Positions 23,768 through 27,802 of a DNA stretch of 27,802 bases are shown here, in pieces. Each line of letters starts with the position of its first letter. Position 1 is the first letter of the stretch. This DNA is from a virus (Duplodnaviria > Caudoviricetes): the IMG/VR virus record IMGVR_UViG_3300010376_000109, positions 1-27,802 of that record. One strand, 5' to 3'. Made by a program: the position numbers and the translations under genes. Under the pieces are notes generated by a model. It was not told the DNA's origin. It made no database searches and saw nothing but the letters and a program-made list of their open reading frames with translations.

Positions 23768-26101
23768 GTGGCGCTGGAGAATGTCTTCCCGCCGGCTCCG
23801 CAGAACAGCGGAGTCGAGCGCGGGTCGTCGCAGGCTCCGGGGTCGATTGAGCCTCGGAAGCCGCAGAGCGGCTATGTCCCGTCGCCCGACGAGAAGGAAA
23901 TCATTCAACGCGTGCAGGACCGCATCCAGTACACCGGACGGGACAACACGCGCTGGGCGCTCGAACGCCAGATGTTCGAGATCATCGCCTTCTACTGCGG
24001 CATTCAGTGGATCGAGTACAGCGAGACGCAGCGGCGCTTCCAGCGCTGGAACGCGCCGTCGTGGTTCCCGACGCCCGTGACGAATCTGGTCGGTCCGCGC
24101 ATCGGGATCATGCAGGCAGGGATCAGCAAGTCACAGCCGCAGGGCCGGGTCCGGCCGAACACGAACGAGCCGCAGGATTTCATGGCGGCGAAGGTGGCGG
24201 AGAAGCTGGTCGGCCGCTTCTACGACGTTACCGACGAGGACGAGCTACGCGACATGGCGACTTTGATCGCGGCGCTCACCGGCACCGTGATCGCGGAGGA
24301 TTGGTTCAATCCGCGCGCCGGGAAGATCCGCATGGTGCCGCGCATGCAGCTGAACACCTCGCCCGTGATGGAGGACAGCGCCTACTGCGAGCAGTGCTCC
24401 GGGACGGGCGATCTCTCGCAAGTTGGCTTGCCGTGTCCCGACTGCGGGCAGCCGATGGGCTCCGGCGAGCGCCAGCGCGCGTGGCCGGACGGCACGCCGA
24501 TCACGACGTCCAAGCTGGATCCGGAGTTGGACGACAACGGTGAGCCGGCGGTGGACGCGATTCCCGAGGGTGAGATCGAGTCCCGCGTCCGCATGCTGAT
24601 GAATTTCTACTGGGATCCCAAGGCGGAGAAGCTGAAGACGGCACGCTGGTGCGGGGAAGCCTGCTATGCCGATCTCGACTGGATCGACGAGAACTTTCCC
24701 GAGACCGGGATATTCGTTGGTGCGGAAGAAGGCATCGATCAGCTGAATTTCTACGAGGCGTCCCTGCTTGCGCTGGTCGGCCCGTCGATTCAGGGCACCG
24801 CGCATTACGGAGCGACGCAGTATTTCAAGAACGGCGCGGTGCTCCGCAAATATCAGGAGAAGCCGTCGCAGAAATACCCGCAGGGCTTGTTCGCGATTGT
24901 TGCCAACGGCGTCCTGCTGCATCAAGGGCCGTTGCCGATCACCGACGAGAATGGCAACGTCACCGGGGATTTCAACTACACCGAGTTTCGCTATGACGTC
25001 GTGCCGGGCCGCTTCGCCGGGCGCACGCCGGCCGAGGACATGGTGCCGCTGCAGAAGCGGGTGAACGGCATCGATGCGCAGCTGATCATTAACCGCAAGA
25101 CGCTCTTAAATCCGTGGGTGCTGGCACCGAAAGGGAGCGGCCTGGATCCCTCACGCCAGCACATGCGGCCCGGGGCCACGGTCCTCTACAACTTTGTTGG
25201 CGTGGGGGCCGCACCCCAAGTGGTCCCGGGCACCCCCCTGCCGGCGCAGATCATGGAGGAACGCCAGATGGCGGTCCAGTCCATGGATCAGCTGGCGCAG
25301 GATGCTGCCGCGACTGTGCAGCAGCAGGCTCCGGCGAACTCGCGCTCCGGGATCGCGATGAACTTTGCGAAGGAAGCGCGCGAGGAGGTAACGATCCCGC
25401 GTCTGCGCCGCTGGGGCCGCTGGGTTTCCGACCGCGACCGCAAGAAGCTGCTGCTCGCGCAGCGCTACTACCGCGAGCCACGCATCGTCAAGGTCTTGGG
25501 AATCGGAAACGAGTATCAGGCACAGGAATTCCAGGGCAGCGATCTCCGGGGCAACACCGACATCACGATCGATCCCGGGACGCTCATCTGGCGCTCGCAG
25601 TCCGCGCGCCAGCAAGCGATCATGGACGCGATCGAGGCGGGGATCATCAAGCCCGACAGCCCGCAGGCGCAGCAGAAGCTGATCGAGCAACTCGGCATCG
25701 AGGGCTGGGATACCGACATCGGCCCGGACCAGCGGCGCGCGAAGAAAGAGAACGCGACGATGGACGACGGGCAGCCGGTGCAGATCACGCCCGTGGACGA
25801 CCACGACGTGCACCTCTACGAGCACAACGCCCGCATGAAGGATCCCGGGTTCGATTCCCTGCCGCCGGAGGCGCAGCAGGCGTACCAGCAGCACGTCCAG
25901 ATGCACCAGCAGGCACAGCAGCAGGATCAGGACGCCGCCGATCAGGAGCAGGCGCAGAAGGAGCAGCAGATCATCGAACTCGCCGCCGAGGCACGGGCGA
26001 AGGGGGTCGAGGGGCTGATTGCAAATGCCCAGAAGCAGCTAACAACAGAGAATCAGGGTGCAGGACCGAATGGCACGACCGCTCCGCAAGGGGCCGGGTG
26101 A
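23768..26101 (+). CDS. portal protein (P22-like)
   Basis: 777 aa; FYCGIQW, NLVGPRI, FYWDPKA, FAGRTPAEDMVPLQKRVN, SGIAM, DDHDVHLYEH, Q-rich tail; directly precedes scaffold and capsid. Confidence 0.9.
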   Translation: MALENVFPPAPQNSGVERGSSQAPGSIEPRKPQSGYVPSPDEKEIIQRVQDRIQYTGRDNTRWALERQMFEIIAFYCGIQWIEYSETQRRFQRWNAPSWFPTPVTNLVGPRIGIMQAGISKSQPQGRVRPNTNEPQDFMAAKVAEKLVGRFYDVTDEDELRDMATLIAALTGTVIAEDWFNPRAGKIRMVPRMQLNTSPVMEDSAYCEQCSGTGDLSQVGLPCPDCGQPMGSGERQRAWPDGTPITTSKLDPELDDNGEPAVDAIPEGEIESRVRMLMNFYWDPKAEKLKTARWCGEACYADLDWIDENFPETGIFVGAEEGIDQLNFYEASLLALVGPSIQGTAHYGATQYFKNGAVLRKYQEKPSQKYPQGLFAIVANGVLLHQGPLPITDENGNVTGDFNYTEFRYDVVPGRFAGRTPAEDMVPLQKRVNGIDAQLIINRKTLLNPWVLAPKGSGLDPSRQHMRPGATVLYNFVGVGAAPQVVPGTPLPAQIMEERQMAVQSMDQLAQDAAATVQQQAPANSRSGIAMNFAKEAREEVTIPRLRRWGRWVSDRDRKKLLLAQRYYREPRIVKVLGIGNEYQAQEFQGSDLRGNTDITIDPGTLIWRSQSARQQAIMDAIEAGIIKPDSPQAQQKLIEQLGIEGWDTDIGPDQRRAKKENATMDDGQPVQITPVDDHDVHLYEHNARMKDPGFDSLPPEAQQAYQQHVQMHQQAQQQDQDAADQEQAQKEQQIIELAAEARAKGVEGLIANAQKQLTTENQGAGPNGTTAPQGAG

Positions 26102-26174
26102 TCGCGGGGTGCCCATACCGTCCCCGCGTTGGCGCAGGTGGGCCGCCACAGTGTCCGCCAAAGGAGTCTGACCG

Positions 26175-27137
26175 ATGGGAGACCCAGCAGAGAGCATCAC
26201 CCCGGCAGCCAGTCCGGCCAGCGCACCGGCCAGTGCGCCAGGCGGGCCAGGAGCCCCGGGCGGAGGCTCCCAGCAGGGCACCCCTACCCCCAAGGCCCCG
26301 GAGGGCGCTCCGGGCACCGCAGGGCGCGCAGCGGGTACGTCTGCGCAGCCCACGGGTCAGCCGGCCGCTCCGGCTGGGGAGGGGGCGGGGGTACCGGGCA
26401 AAGCCGTAGGTGATCCGCACGTCCCGTGGCGCAAGTTCCGGGAGGCGCAGACCCAGCTGACGGAAGCCCGCCGGACCCATGCCGGTGAGATCGAGCGGGT
26501 GAACGCGCAGATCGCGCAACTCACCCACGCGAATCAGCAGCTGCAAGAGGTCAAGGGCAACTACGACATCTTGGAGCAGCTGATCGACGAGAACCCGGAC
26601 CTAGCCGAGCAGCTGTACGAGCGCGCGGGCAAACTCCGCCCGCGTGGGGGCGCAGCGGCCCCCGAGGGACGCCCTGCCACCGATCCGAACGTCCTGAACG
26701 AACTCCGGCAGCTTCGTTCGATCGTCGAGAACGACCGGCAAGCGAAGGTCGAGGCGACGAGCAACGCGAAGCTGGAAGAAACCGATCGGCAGCTGGAAGG
26801 ACAACTCCGTGATCTGCTCAGCGAGCACGATCTGGATCACTCCTGGCTGCCGTCCGCGAAGGAGTACGTCTTCGCGGTTGCACGCCGGATTCCAACGTTG
26901 GACATGGGCGAGGTGCCATACGTGTTCGCGGAGTGGGCGAAACCGCTCCAAGAGCGATTGAACAACCAGCTGAATACCTGGCGCAATGGGAAATTGGCAG
27001 ATCAGAGAAATCTGCCGCCATCGCCAAATACCTCCGTGGCGGTAGGCGCGCGGGAAAAGTCTGGTGCCCTCGATCGCAGCACGAAGGCGATTCTCGAAGA
27101 ACGGCTCAAGCAGCAACTCGGGTGGCGCAACGAGTAA
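26175..27137 (+). CDS. capsid scaffolding protein
   Basis: AAGGAG SD; disordered P/A/G N-terminus, VPWRKFRE motif, coiled coils; lies between portal and capsid. Confidence 0.8.
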   Translation: MGDPAESITPAASPASAPASAPGGPGAPGGGSQQGTPTPKAPEGAPGTAGRAAGTSAQPTGQPAAPAGEGAGVPGKAVGDPHVPWRKFREAQTQLTEARRTHAGEIERVNAQIAQLTHANQQLQEVKGNYDILEQLIDENPDLAEQLYERAGKLRPRGGAAAPEGRPATDPNVLNELRQLRSIVENDRQAKVEATSNAKLEETDRQLEGQLRDLLSEHDLDHSWLPSAKEYVFAVARRIPTLDMGEVPYVFAEWAKPLQERLNNQLNTWRNGKLADQRNLPPSPNTSVAVGAREKSGALDRSTKAILEERLKQQLGWRNE

Positions 27138-27153
27138 GTAGGAGACACCACCC

Positions 27154-27802
27154 ATGGCACAGACTCCTGCCGTCATCGACAACATTTCCGAACTATCCGC
27201 CATCTTGAAGACGGTTTTCGGAGAGGGCGTCGAGCAGCAGCAAAACTTGGCCGCCATGCTCTATAAGCGCTTCGGAGAAAGCGGCGTCCGTTTCGGCGGC
27301 AACTCGTATGAGTTTCCCGCCCGTATGGTGAACACACAGTCGGTCGGTGCTCGCGGCTACCGCATCTCGCTGCCTGAGCCGATCCTGAACATCGACGTCA
27401 CCGCGCGTGTCCGCCACAAGTTCATCTACGGCACCTTCGACATCACCGGCCCGGACATCGAGAAGGGCAAGGGGAACGTGAACGCGTTCGTCAACACGTT
27501 GACGGACAAGATGCGCTCCCTCACGGAAATGATGCTGAAGGATCTGAACATCCAGACGTATCTCGACGGGACTGGCGTACGCGCCACGATTCCGGCGGGA
27601 GCCACCTTCGCGGCGGCCACCATCCAAGTCGATCAGGTGAAGTTCCTGCGCGTCGGCATGCAGGTGAACGTGGTCTCCGGGACAGACGGTGTCTCGTTGC
27701 GCGGCGGCACGGCCGGCGACTCGGATGCCGGCGATTCGGCGGGCACATATTTCCAGAAGCGCTTCACCATCAGCCGGATCGACACCTCGACTGCGCCGCC
27801 GA
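27154..27802 (+). CDS. major capsid protein (3' truncated; absent from the ORF track)
   Basis: AGGAG SD; MAQTPAVIDNISELSAILKTVFG...FIYGTFDITG...KDLNIQTYLDGTG; open to the window end. Confidence 0.85.
   Translation, partial: MAQTPAVIDNISELSAILKTVFGEGVEQQQNLAAMLYKRFGESGVRFGGNSYEFPARMVNTQSVGARGYRISLPEPILNIDVTARVRHKFIYGTFDITGPDIEKGKGNVNAFVNTLTDKMRSLTEMMLKDLNIQTYLDGTGVRATIPAGATFAAATIQVDQVKFLRVGMQVNVVSGTDGVSLRGGTAGDSDAGDSAGTYFQKRFTISRIDTSTAPP

Noticed and set aside
23768-27802. Long minus-strand ORFs opposite portal, scaffold and capsid
   Set aside because: Codon-mirror shadows typical of high-GC genes
1-27802. tRNA/rRNA, integrase/att, transposase, stop-codon recoding
   Set aside because: None recognisable by eye; TAG, TGA and TAA all end well-coupled genes. 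tRNAscan and cmscan were not run

Overview
High-GC fragment of a tailed dsDNA phage or prophage (Caudoviricetes, P22/podovirus-like head module). Nearly every gene is on the + strand. Left part (1-9030): an early/accessory region with a ParB-like protein, a DUF932-like protein, a minimal uracil-DNA-glycosylase-like protein and about 20 small ORFs. These sit in short operons, each headed by a conserved module: a (CTGT)n box 55-59 nt upstream of a mostly extended -10, usually followed by a 5' hairpin and an AAGGAG SD. A family of GAGAGCCCC-armed hairpins lies between operons. At about 9280 the + strand flips abruptly from C-rich to very G-rich although gene direction is unchanged. Then come three ribbon-helix-helix-like genes and the large terminase. 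About 10.5 kb separate terL from portal-scaffold-major capsid (truncated at the window end). That insert holds a tail-fibre-like gene, a structural gene, a GH19-type endolysin, a run of signal-peptide-bearing, Cys-rich virion-like proteins with an outer-membrane beta-barrel, and a 69-aa basic protein carrying a copy of the capsid N-terminal motif. No integrase, tRNA, CRISPR array or reverse transcriptase was seen. Family assignments come from motif recognition by eye, not database searches.
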